DNA of 64,000 bases from a virus (lineage: Duplodnaviria > Heunggongvirae > Uroviricota > Caudoviricetes): positions 22,224-86,223 of the IMG/VR virus record IMGVR_UViG_3300022468_000772; one strand, written 5' to 3'. The translations under genes were made by a program, and so were the position numbers. Below the pieces are notes generated by a model. The model did not search any database and had not been told where the DNA came from. It worked only from the letters and a program-made list of their open reading frames with translations. Positions 39,587-48,346 of the stretch are shown here, one piece after another. The number at the start of each line of letters is the position of its first letter. Within the stretch, counting starts at the first letter, position 1.

Positions 39587-39739
39587 TTTTACTCCTATAT
39601 TTTTCCTATTCTTTATTTATTGTTTTTCAACACTCATTGAGTCGTTTATAATGATGGAAATTCAATTTTAATGTCGATTAGAGTTGACTCTCTAATTTTT
39701 CATGTTATACTGGTCATTTTTGATCAATAAAGGAATGAA

Positions 39740-39970
39740 ATGAGTGAAGAAACAAAAGATACAGAACAAGAAATTATTGATGTAATCGAAGATCAAGGTC
39801 GGCCTCGTGTGTTCAGTTATAAGTTCACTGCTCCCGATGGGGATTCTAAGGTTGTGGCTGTTATTGCAATGTGCGCAACTGATGCTAAAATAGCTTTACT
39901 CTCCCAATTACCGGAAGGTTCTACGCTTTTAAAAGTCGGCGTCATTGCCGATTTTGTTTTGCAAGCGTAA
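39740..39970 (+). CDS. Hypothetical protein
   Basis: AAGGA RBS. Confidence 0.6.
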   Translation: MSEETKDTEQEIIDVIEDQGRPRVFSYKFTAPDGDSKVVAVIAMCATDAKIALLSQLPEGSTLLKVGVIADFVLQA

Positions 39971-40016
39971 CTGTCGCTGAATCAGATATTCAGTATTTTT
40001 ATGAAAGAAGTGTTAT

Positions 40017-40199
40017 ATGATTGTTAAAACTGGTGAAAAATTTGCTTCTCGTGCATCTGGTCAAAAAATTCGCGTTGTGGGTACTTTGGGTACTGAAACA
40101 GCGATTATTGTTAACCTGAAGGGTAATGGTCATCGTGATGCATCAACAACTCGTGCAGTGGTTGTTGACTCGATCCGTCGCAAGTACCAACGGGTGTAA
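40017..40199 (+). CDS. Hypothetical protein
   Basis: Coupled to next gene. Confidence 0.55.
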   Translation: MIVKTGEKFASRASGQKIRVVGTLGTETAIIVNLKGNGHRDASTTRAVVVDSIRRKYQRV

Positions 40200-40594
40200 T
40201 GCGAGTAGCTGTAGTTGGCGGTAGAGATTTTACTGACTATGGCTTGTTGAAGACAACATTAGCACCACTCAAAATAAGTCATATTATTTCAGGTGGTGCT
40301 AATGGTGCTGATACGTTGGCTGTTCAATATGCTATAGAAAAAAGCATACCATTTACAGAATTTATACCTCAATGGTATGTGAATGGTCGATACGATAACC
40401 GTGCAGGATTTGTACGAAATAAACAAATTGTACATGCGTCTGAAGTTGTCTATGCTTTTTGGAATGGTAAATCAAAGGGTACAAAATCAACAATTGATTT
40501 TGCCAATAAAATCGGTGTTAAATGTTTTGTGGTAACGTATGAAACATTTTATGAAATAGAAGAGGAAAACGATTTATGGAAAATAACCTTGTAA
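40199..40594 (+). CDS. SLOG-family (YspA/DUF2493-like) protein
   Basis: VAVVGGRDF, IISGGANGAD, AGFVRNKQIV, FWNGKSKGT. Confidence 0.85.
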   Translation: MRVAVVGGRDFTDYGLLKTTLAPLKISHIISGGANGADTLAVQYAIEKSIPFTEFIPQWYVNGRYDNRAGFVRNKQIVHASEVVYAFWNGKSKGTKSTIDFANKIGVKCFVVTYETFYEIEEENDLWKITL

Positions 40595-41265
40595 AACGCA
40601 GCCGTAACGAAGAAGACGGTGATGAAATTGAAATGATTCAGATTGGTGCCTCACAATCATCTATGATCCGTGCTTCGCGACACACAATTAACAATTTTCG
40701 TGTGTACTTAGATGAAAATATCGGTGAAGCTAAAAAATATCGTGATTTGATTGATGCTTTGGTTTCGGCAGGACAGCATGACGAGTTCAACCTGTTTATC
40801 AATAATGGTGGTGGATATCTGTATACTGCACTGGCTATCATCGAAGCAATTAAGGCAAGTCAGGCAACTGTCCGTGCTATTGTGGTTGGTGAATGTCACT
40901 CCGCAGCCAGTATTATCACTCTGTCATGCCATGAAATCATGATCACAGATGCTGCAAATATGATGGTTCACTCCGCATCATTTGGCTCTGGTGGTTTTGC
41001 TCACAACGTCAAGCATCATGCAGATTTTTCTGTAGCTCAATTGGGTGTGTTGTTTGATGAAGTTTATGGTGGTTTCCTAACCGAAACCGAAATGAAAGAG
41101 TTGAAGAGTGGTCGCGAATTCTGGTTCAATGCAAAAGAAATTGCAAAACGTGTGGCTAATCGCATGAAACATCAGCAATCAAAAACCAAGGCTTCTATCA
41201 AGAAAGCTGGAAGCACTCCAAAACGTACCAAAAAGGTCGTAGGCGAAGATTTGGTTTCTGATTAA
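40576..41265 (+). CDS. ClpP-like serine protease
   Basis: LFINNGGGYL, CHSAASII, MMVH, FWFNA. Confidence 0.8.
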   Translation: MENNLVKRSRNEEDGDEIEMIQIGASQSSMIRASRHTINNFRVYLDENIGEAKKYRDLIDALVSAGQHDEFNLFINNGGGYLYTALAIIEAIKASQATVRAIVVGECHSAASIITLSCHEIMITDAANMMVHSASFGSGGFAHNVKHHADFSVAQLGVLFDEVYGGFLTETEMKELKSGREFWFNAKEIAKRVANRMKHQQSKTKASIKKAGSTPKRTKKVVGEDLVSD

Positions 41266-41316
41266 TAGCAACCTAACAATAATTATGGAAAGCGCTCTAA
41301 CGGGCGCTATTGAATT

Positions 41317-42987
41317 TTGAAGTATCAAACTTTAATTGAGACTGTTTTCAAAGATATTCAGCGGGAGCCACGTGGCAATCAAGTAGAGATTGTCAACCAA
41401 GTTCTCACTGAATTTTTTGACAACGACAAGCAAAACGTAGTTTTAAACGCACCAACGGGTATCGGTAAGTCGATCCTTGGTGCTGTCATTGCTGGATGTG
41501 TTGAATCACTCTCCGAACAAACAAATGGCTTGTCATCTATTATTTTGATGGGCACCAACGGGCTTGCAAAGCAATACAGTGAGTCTTTTGATCATCTTGA
41601 TCACCACAAATTCTTTCAGATTAAAGGCGCTTCAAATTATCCCTGCGCCTTCATGGAAGCACAACCAAGCGCCACATCCACAACCGGTGAAGAGTGTTGT
41701 AAGCCCCTTCTCCATGAAATGGAAGTATCGAAGTATTGCCGAGGCTGTGAGTTTGACCATGCTAAGAAGATGGTCAACAAGACAGCGAATCTGATTACCA
41801 ACTTTTCCTACTTCCTTACTGCCAGTTTGAATTCTGGGCACTTGGAACCTAGGACACTACACATCTTTGATGAAGCACACACGTTCAATGATGCATATAC
41901 CAGCTTCACCGAAATTTTGATCACATCCGAATTGCTTGGTAAGTATGTTTCCGAACTGAGCAATGTGAATGATCGTTGCAACGAAGAAGCTGCTGCTCTG
42001 GCTATGCTTAAACAGAAGCTGGAAAACAATGAAGTGCATGAATCCAGTTATGAGCAAATCATCAACGTTCTGATGAAGATTTATGAGAGTGCCGCATCCA
42101 CTTTAACATCACAATCTTCTTTGATTGCGGGACATGATAAGGTGCTTGCAATGAAGTATGCGAAGATGGCGAAGAAGTACGAAAACAACTATCAACGCAT
42201 CAAGTTTTTGATTGAAGGTGAGTATGAGCATGTTTTCGATAATACTGCTCCAAATTGTGCCGCAATTAAGACTATTTTTGTCTCTGACTCTATCGAAGCA
42301 TGCTTGGGTAAAAAGAACCTCTTCATGTCTGCTACCATCACCGAAAATATCGCTTGGAACATCATTGGATTGGATCGGGAGAATAGTGCATTCATCATGC
42401 TCGATCCTGTCTTCCCACCAGAGAACAAACCAATCTTTTTCATTGGTAAACACTCCCTGAATTTCAACACTCTGAAAGACCCTGAAGTCTTGAACAACTT
42501 GAAGACTTCCGTTCAAAAAATTTCTGAGCGGTACCCAGATTCTAAGGGTCTGTTGATCGCACCATCGTTCTATCTTGGTTCAGTTGTTGCAAAAAATGTG
42601 AAGGGTGTTAGACTCTTTGAACATGTGTCTGGTGGAAAGAAACTACCTGAGTTGATCAAAGAGTTTAAGGCTTACAAAGGCGGTGCCTTGCTGGTGTCTC
42701 CGAGCATCTGGGAAGGTTTCGATATTGCAGAGTCTGACTATCAGATTTTGCTTAAAGCACCCTACGCATCTTTGGGAGACAAGCGTATCAAGTACATCTG
42801 TGATAACTATCCGATTGTCTATCAAGAAATGACACTGCTAAAGATACTTCAGGGTATTGGTCGTAGTGTTCGTTCCCCTACTGATCGTGCAGACACATAC
42901 ATGCTTGATGCCGGTATTGAGAAGCTGTTTAACAGCAAATCCAATCTCTGGAAAAACCACTATAAAGTTTTGAGTAAAGGAAAATAA
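41317..42987 (+). CDS. DinG/YoaA-like helicase (TTG start)
   Basis: APTGIGKS, Cys cluster, IFDEAH, MSAT, QGIGRSVR. Confidence 0.85.
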   Translation: MKYQTLIETVFKDIQREPRGNQVEIVNQVLTEFFDNDKQNVVLNAPTGIGKSILGAVIAGCVESLSEQTNGLSSIILMGTNGLAKQYSESFDHLDHHKFFQIKGASNYPCAFMEAQPSATSTTGEECCKPLLHEMEVSKYCRGCEFDHAKKMVNKTANLITNFSYFLTASLNSGHLEPRTLHIFDEAHTFNDAYTSFTEILITSELLGKYVSELSNVNDRCNEEAAALAMLKQKLENNEVHESSYEQIINVLMKIYESAASTLTSQSSLIAGHDKVLAMKYAKMAKKYENNYQRIKFLIEGEYEHVFDNTAPNCAAIKTIFVSDSIEACLGKKNLFMSATITENIAWNIIGLDRENSAFIMLDPVFPPENKPIFFIGKHSLNFNTLKDPEVLNNLKTSVQKISERYPDSKGLLIAPSFYLGSVVAKNVKGVRLFEHVSGGKKLPELIKEFKAYKGGALLVSPSIWEGFDIAESDYQILLKAPYASLGDKRIKYICDNYPIVYQEMTLLKILQGIGRSVRSPTDRADTYMLDAGIEKLFNSKSNLWKNHYKVLSKGK

Positions 42988-42988
42988 A

Positions 42989-43378
42989 ATGACTGATAAA
43001 AATGTAGATACAACGTATCCATACCCAACGGGCGGTGTGCCATCGATTAGCGCTGGTGGTGTCAGTTCGCGTGAGTATATCCCAACACGTGACGGTACAC
43101 CAGTGCATGTTAACGGTTGGGTGGATAATGTGATTAATCTGAAGACATTCGATAAACGCGCACACAACCACTATTTCAAAGATGTTTCGAAACTGGATTT
43201 CATTGATGTGTATCGTGTTCTGCAGTTGTTTGCTGTGAATGATCCCTGCATTCAACATGCAGTGAAGAAACTGCTTGTTGCCGGTGGTCGCGGTGCTGGC
43301 AAAGACATCAAAAAAGACATTCAAGAAGCTATCGATTCATTGACTCGTTGGCAAGAAATGCAAAAAGAAAATGGCTAA
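42989..43378 (+). CDS. Hypothetical, DUF3310-like C-terminal domain
   Basis: NHYF, IQHAVKKLL...GKD..KDIQEA. Confidence 0.5.
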   Translation: MTDKNVDTTYPYPTGGVPSISAGGVSSREYIPTRDGTPVHVNGWVDNVINLKTFDKRAHNHYFKDVSKLDFIDVYRVLQLFAVNDPCIQHAVKKLLVAGGRGAGKDIKKDIQEAIDSLTRWQEMQKENG

Positions 43379-43907
43379 ATTTAACAATGTGATGCTCGAC
43401 TTGGAAACCCTTAGCGAAGTACCTACTGCTGCAGTAGTCGCTATCGGTGCTGTTGCTTTCAATATGGAAAATGACAGCGTTGCCGAGTTCTATATAAACG
43501 TCGATCCACGTGACTGTAAAGAGTACGGTATGGATATCTCTGAGAGTACCGTAGCATGGTGGCGTAAACAGAATCCAGAGGCTACGAAGGCGTGGATAAC
43601 CGATGCTGTGAGCGTTGTAGAAGCAGGGACAAAGTTTGTAGAATTTATGGAGGAACACACCGATAAACAGACCGTAAATGTCTGGGCTAACGGTATCGAC
43701 TTCGACTTACCTATCCTGAAGAATTTGCTAAAGGTGATTAAAGCGCAGCCATGGTTATTCTGGAATCAATATGATGCACGAACTATTTTTAAACTGGCAA
43801 AGTTTGACACTAAAACTGCTTCACGGGTTGGTAAATATCACAATGCTTTGGATGATTGTAATAATCAAATAAGATGGATTAAGAGTATCGTAAATGGAAC
43901 ATCTTGA
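43371..43907 (+). CDS. 3'-5' exonuclease (DEDDh, Rv2179c-like)
   Basis: VMLDLETL, WANGIDFDLPIL, D.RT, HNALDDC. Confidence 0.85.
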   Translation: MAKFNNVMLDLETLSEVPTAAVVAIGAVAFNMENDSVAEFYINVDPRDCKEYGMDISESTVAWWRKQNPEATKAWITDAVSVVEAGTKFVEFMEEHTDKQTVNVWANGIDFDLPILKNLLKVIKAQPWLFWNQYDARTIFKLAKFDTKTASRVGKYHNALDDCNNQIRWIKSIVNGTS

Positions 43908-44247
43908 GTCTTACAAAGGCCACTTCGTAAAGATCATAAAGAATTCGGCGCAATGTCGTTTATGTGGTGACATTATTACATCTAAACATGTTCATGATTA
44001 TGAACGTTGTAAATGTGGCGAAATAAGTGTTGATGGGGGTAATGAATATCTCCGAAGGTCAGCAAAGGATTTACATAATTTAATTGATTGCAGTGAGAGT
44101 CGTAACCTCAGTTTTCAGGAGATTAAAAATTTGAAAACTACCGCAATGAAACAAATGCGCGAATCTTCTTACTCGGATTCTTACTACAAAAATCTGATTG
44201 CTGCTGCAGAGTATTACGCAAACCTTTGGTACTCTTGCAAAATTTGA
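43894..44247 (+). CDS. Cys-rich hypothetical protein
   Basis: CRLCGD...CKCG..SVDGG. Confidence 0.65.
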   Translation: MEHLESYKGHFVKIIKNSAQCRLCGDIITSKHVHDYERCKCGEISVDGGNEYLRRSAKDLHNLIDCSESRNLSFQEIKNLKTTAMKQMRESSYSDSYYKNLIAAAEYYANLWYSCKI

Positions 44248-44292
44248 AACCCGTTATAGAATTGAATTTTTAACCCTAGAAAGATATACATT

Positions 44293-44970
44293 ATGAAATT
44301 GAGCAAAGCAACTTTGGCGGTACTGAAGAATTTTTCTTCTATCAATGGAAACGTCATGATCGAAGCAGGTAACTATCTGCACACCCGTACCGTGGAGCGT
44401 AACATGTACGCATGCGCAACCGTGGAAGACGAATTCCCCAAAACCTTTGGTATCTATGATCTGTCACAACTTTTGGGTGTGATCAGTTTGTTCAGTGAAC
44501 CTGAGTTGGAATTTGGTGAGTCTTCCCTGACCATTAGCCAAGGTAAGAACCGTGTTGAATACCGTTATGCATCATCAGACATTCTGGCTTTCCCAGACAA
44601 GAAACTGACTGAGCCTAGTGTTGATGCGACATTCACTCTGACCGAAGAAAACCTGAAGTCTCTGCTGAAAGCCGGTGCTGTTTTGGGATCGCAGATGTTG
44701 CGTATCGGTGGTGATGGTAAGACCATCACATGTACACTGTTAACACTGGATAAGGACAATAACCCATCCACATCGTTTAACACCTTCAGCGTTGATGTTG
44801 GTGACACTGATAGCACTTTTAGTGTAGATATTCGCCTTGAAAATATTAAGATGATGTCTGGTAACTATGAAGTGTCTTTATCCAAAAAGAAGATCGCTAA
44901 ATTTGCAAACACAGGCACATCATATACCCTGTATGTGGCAAACGAAAAGTCTTCTAAGTGGGAAGACTAA
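44293..44970 (+). CDS. gp45: DNA polymerase sliding clamp
   Basis: MKLSKATLAVLKNFSSIN, FGIYDLSQLLG. Confidence 0.93.
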   Translation: MKLSKATLAVLKNFSSINGNVMIEAGNYLHTRTVERNMYACATVEDEFPKTFGIYDLSQLLGVISLFSEPELEFGESSLTISQGKNRVEYRYASSDILAFPDKKLTEPSVDATFTLTEENLKSLLKAGAVLGSQMLRIGGDGKTITCTLLTLDKDNNPSTSFNTFSVDVGDTDSTFSVDIRLENIKMMSGNYEVSLSKKKIAKFANTGTSYTLYVANEKSSKWED

Positions 44971-44972
44971 TA

Positions 44973-45179
44973 ATGGCTGAAGTTAAATCTCCACCTACTC
45001 TTTTTCGTGTTAACATCATGGAATATGAACGGGGTTGGGGTTGCAAAGTGGATGGTGTAGAGTATTTCGATACCGAAAAATCAGCCAAAGAATTTTGCAC
45101 TAACTTCAACTCTCAGAACACATCCGAAAGCGTACCAAGCTGGTACATGGTTGCTGAATACATTGGACAGGTTTCCTAG
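44973..45179 (+). CDS. Hypothetical protein
   Basis: Coupled to gp45. Confidence 0.65.
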   Translation: MAEVKSPPTLFRVNIMEYERGWGCKVDGVEYFDTEKSAKEFCTNFNSQNTSESVPSWYMVAEYIGQVS

Positions 45180-45300
45180 GGTGGGAAGAGCATCGTAACC
45201 GGACACGATGTAAAATAAAAGAAAGCGTGAACTATTTGAATGTTGACCACGAAAGGGTCAAGACGGACACATAACCGTCACGAATAACTATTGGATAAAT

Positions 45301-45612
45301 ATGACTCTTGTTACATCACAGATATCACGAATTGGTTTTACTGTAGAACGATTCGACAGTCGTTGGGTTCCATTCGAATACCGCATGTTTTACTGTCGTC
45401 AAAACAACGACTTGAAGAACAGCATTTTCTATAAAGAATGGGCACGTGAGTGCGTCAGTCTGATGTCACAATTTGGTTTCAATCACACTTTCAGAAAAAT
45501 GGAAGTTGGAGAGAGCAGACGATACTTTGCTCATGTTGAGTTTTCACATTACCGAGACTATTGGGGTGAGAGTGATTACGACATGGAAATCATAAAAATG
45601 CGGCGCGTGTAG
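45301..45612 (+). CDS. Hypothetical protein
   Basis: ORF track; plausible composition. Confidence 0.55.
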   Translation: MTLVTSQISRIGFTVERFDSRWVPFEYRMFYCRQNNDLKNSIFYKEWARECVSLMSQFGFNHTFRKMEVGESRRYFAHVEFSHYRDYWGESDYDMEIIKMRRV

Positions 45613-45637
45613 AAAACTGTGTTATAATTTGTCTATT

Positions 45638-45758
45638 GCGAGGGTGGCGAAATAGGTAGACGCACTGGACTTTTACAGAATATCTTCCTAAGAGGGTATT
45701 CGATAAAATCCAACGGGGAGTGATCCTCATACGGGTTCGATCCCCGTCCCTCGTACCA
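45638..45758 (+). tRNA. tRNA-Leu-type gene with 32-nt hairpin insert in anticodon loop
   Basis: Acceptor GCGAGGG/CCCTCGT, Leu-type D and variable arms, T arm, CCA; insert at ~45672-45704. Confidence 0.8.
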
Positions 45759-45760
45759 GT

Positions 45761-45834
45761 GGCGCACTGTCAGATTGGTTATGTACGGGATTGCAAATCC
45801 TGATAGATCGGTTCGATTCCGGTGTGCGCCTCCA
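45761..45834 (+). tRNA. tRNA-Cys(GCA)
   Basis: GGCGCAC/GTGCGCC, loop TTGCAAA, U73, CCA. Confidence 0.9.
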
Positions 45835-45859
45835 AGTGAAACAAAACAGGAGTTATATT

Positions 45860-46354
45860 ATGTCTCAATTTAAAGTAGGTGATAAAGTTCGTCGCACAGA
45901 AGAAGGTGGCAGTGACGATAAGTTTGGTATATATGTTGGAAAAATTTATACTGTCTCCAGTAGCGGATCGTGCGGATCGTTCATTCTTTTAGAAGGTATA
46001 GCGGGTTCATGGAACTCCAACTATTTTGAGTTAGTGGATGATAACGGTGAGTTTCAATCAAAAAAGCATCCTCACGCTGATCTGATCATTGCATGGGCTA
46101 ACGGTGCTAGCATTGAGCAACTTGGTCAAGGCAAAAATGGAAAGTGGGTAGTTGTTTCGCAGCCATCTTGGGCTGTTAACTCTAAATTCCGTGTCAAGCC
46201 AAAAGTTGTTGAACCAGTTACCGCGAAGCGTAGAATTGCAGCAGTTGGATCAGCTATTGGTGATTACCTGACATGGTATACAGATGGTGTTCCCAATGTC
46301 GAAGTGACCTACAATCCAGAGACAAAAGAAATTCTGACTATCAAACAAATCTGA
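45860..46354 (+). CDS. Hypothetical protein (KOW/SH3-like start, then HPHADLIIAWANG domain)
   Basis: AGGAG RBS; FKVGDKVR. Confidence 0.7.
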   Translation: MSQFKVGDKVRRTEEGGSDDKFGIYVGKIYTVSSSGSCGSFILLEGIAGSWNSNYFELVDDNGEFQSKKHPHADLIIAWANGASIEQLGQGKNGKWVVVSQPSWAVNSKFRVKPKVVEPVTAKRRIAAVGSAIGDYLTWYTDGVPNVEVTYNPETKEILTIKQI

Positions 46355-46356
46355 TT

Positions 46357-46698
46357 ATGGAACTAAAAATCAAGAAGGAACTTCGTACTACGAAGTCTGG
46401 TCAGCCTGAATTCTCAAATAAATTTATTGAGGTCAAGTATGACATGGAACACAGGACAGCAACATTTCATAACCCTTATATTGACGTATACACGCATGAA
46501 TTAAAAATATTTGCCAAGGGTCAATTTCCATCTGATGGTACACCTGATCACAGTATAGCAAGAAATGGCTTGATGTCTTTCCTGTACTCTGATATAATTC
46601 ATGAGTTGCATCTTTTGGCAAATGATATTTCACCTAGAAATACAGATGCAATAAAAAGAATTCGACAAATGCAGCATGATTTGTCCACATGGGAATAA
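46357..46698 (+). CDS. Hypothetical protein
   Basis: Coupled to upstream gene. Confidence 0.6.
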   Translation: MELKIKKELRTTKSGQPEFSNKFIEVKYDMEHRTATFHNPYIDVYTHELKIFAKGQFPSDGTPDHSIARNGLMSFLYSDIIHELHLLANDISPRNTDAIKRIRQMQHDLSTWE

Positions 46699-46740
46699 AG
46701 CGTGTTATAATTCAGTCTTCGAAACACAAAAGGAAATCCT

Positions 46741-46896
46741 GTGAATACTGTGAAAAATGTAATAGTAAATGGGTTTGAGATTGGAAGAGTTGAGGGCAGT
46801 CGTTTTTACGGTTGTATTAAAATTGGTGAAAAACGCGGATTTCTGTTTAATACAAAAAAAGCTGCAGTAAGTTTTGCAAAAAATCAAAAACTGTGA
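46741..46896 (+). CDS. 51-aa hypothetical protein (GTG start)
   Basis: Directly behind repeat promoter-leader with AAGGA. Confidence 0.55.
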   Translation: MNTVKNVIVNGFEIGRVEGSRFYGCIKIGEKRGFLFNTKKAAVSFAKNQKL

Positions 46897-47232
46897 TATA
46901 ATTCAGTTATCCTACATACATCGAATGGTTCGGACAAGATAGCAAGAGTTATCTGCGTAGGATTCTCAACAAAAAAGCCGTGACAGTTGAGAACTTGTTG
47001 AGGAACTAAAAATAGTTCCCACATGTAAGCAAAATAGTGATATAATGCTTACATGTGACAGCAAACTGACGAGTTTATTGTTGCTATAGGAAGTAATTAA
47101 TCCTAGACCTAGTATAGTGTAGTTGGTAAGCACGTGCCCATTCGTAGGTTCGAATCCTACCACTTCTGTAATGGAAGTGTAGCCAAGAGGTCTAAGGCGG
47201 GTTCGAATCCCCTACATAAGGTCATATATAAA

Positions 47233-47322
47233 TTTGCTTGTAGACGAAATTAGGTAAAGTCGCCGTGAAAACCGGCAAAAAATATCGAAAGATATTTGGT
47301 GGTTCGAATCCACTCCGGCAAA
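47233..47322 (+). pseudogene. Degenerate class-II tRNA-like element
   Basis: D arm GAC..GTC, shortened anticodon arm, long variable arm, GGTTCGAATCC; no CCA. Confidence 0.45.
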
Positions 47323-47355
47323 TTTGTGTTATAATTGATTGAAGACTAATATGAT

Positions 47356-47572
47356 GAGTGTATACCTTAATAAAACAGAGGCGAAGGAAAGAATCGCCAA
47401 TGTGGTCTAAAGGGAACACTTCCAACATGGTATCGGAGAATAGGGCAGTAGTGACATAAGAGTGGTATCTTATGAATCGAAGTCGGGATAAGTACCAATC
47501 CCGCTAAACAGGAATCCGAACGATACCGGAGAAGATGTTTGATTTTAGGTTCGAATCCTAATGTACTCACCA
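47356..47572 (+). ncRNA. 217-nt tRNA-like RNA with large internal insertions
   Basis: GAGTGTA/TGTACTC stem + ACCA, canonical T arm, several internal hairpins. Confidence 0.5.
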
Positions 47573-47602
47573 TATTAGTTTTAATGTTAATTTGGAGTTA
47601 TT

Positions 47603-47848
47603 ATGAAAAAGTTTTTGGTTATCGCTGCAGTTGCACTTTTGAGCGCATGTACAAATACATCCAACGCAGAGCGTGTGTTGGCTGATAATGGATATACCGA
47701 TATCCAAATGACTGGTTATAGTCTATTTGGTTGTGATAAAAACGACACTTTTTCAGATGGCTTTAAAGCAAAAAGCCCAAATGGAAAAATGGTGGAAGGT
47801 GTTGTTTGCTCTGGAGTTTTTAAAGGTGCCACCATCCGGTTTAATTGA
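47603..47848 (+). CDS. Putative lipoprotein
   Basis: Signal peptide with lipobox LSAC. Confidence 0.75.
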   Translation: MKKFLVIAAVALLSACTNTSNAERVLADNGYTDIQMTGYSLFGCDKNDTFSDGFKAKSPNGKMVEGVVCSGVFKGATIRFN

Positions 47849-47857
47849 TATAAATAC

Positions 47858-47931
47858 TTACTCGTAGCTCAGTGTAGAGCGCCCTACTTTTAATGGGGAG
47901 GTCGGTGGGTCGTTCCCATCCGAGTAAACCA
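47858..47931 (+). tRNA. tRNA-Lys(TTT), atypical T loop
   Basis: TTACTCG/CGAGTAA, loop CTTTTAA, CCA; TATAAATA upstream. Confidence 0.8.
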
Positions 47932-48047
47932 AGTTTGTAACCCTAAACGTCTAAGTAACCGAGACATGACGTTGAATTGCAAGAGAACTGCTGGCAAAGT
48001 CGATAAATTCCTTCTCAGGATGTGCAGTTAGCAAAGGGTTCATTTAT

Positions 48048-48171
48048 TTTGTTGTGAAGGGGAATTGGTATACCCTACTGGTTGGATAATAGTGGGAAAG
48101 CGGTGTTTATCACCTTAAAGTAGCCCTCCTGTAAGCCGGTGCTTGTTTAGGTTCGAATCCTATCAACAAAA
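48048..48171 (+). tRNA. tRNA-like gene with ~45-nt insert in anticodon loop, no encoded CCA
   Basis: TTTGTTG/CAACAAA, D arm AGGG/CCCT, stem CTGGT/GCCGG around a 52-nt loop, T arm. Confidence 0.5.
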
Positions 48172-48256
48172 AAAGAGCAAGTCGGGTAGCGCCCGAACAA
48201 CTCAGATCAAGAGTTACATTGTTGATCCTGCGGGTGCAAGAAGTCCCGACCAAATT

Positions 48257-48346
48257 GGGGTGTTGGCCGAGTGGTCTAAGGCAGCGGTCTTGAAAACCGT
48301 CACTGGCGCAAGCTGGTCGTGGGTTCGAATCCTACACGCCCCGCCA
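48257..48346 (+). tRNA. tRNA-Ser(TGA)
   Basis: Cloverleaf, long variable arm, G73, CCA. Confidence 0.92.

Noticed and set aside
45791-45859. ORF-track upstream starts overlapping tRNAs (also 49169, 48143-48358, 57933-58142)
   Set aside because: They run through tRNA genes; better starts with RBS lie downstream or the ORF is spurious
47356-47572. tmRNA
   Set aside because: No G3:U70, too short, and no evident tag reading frame
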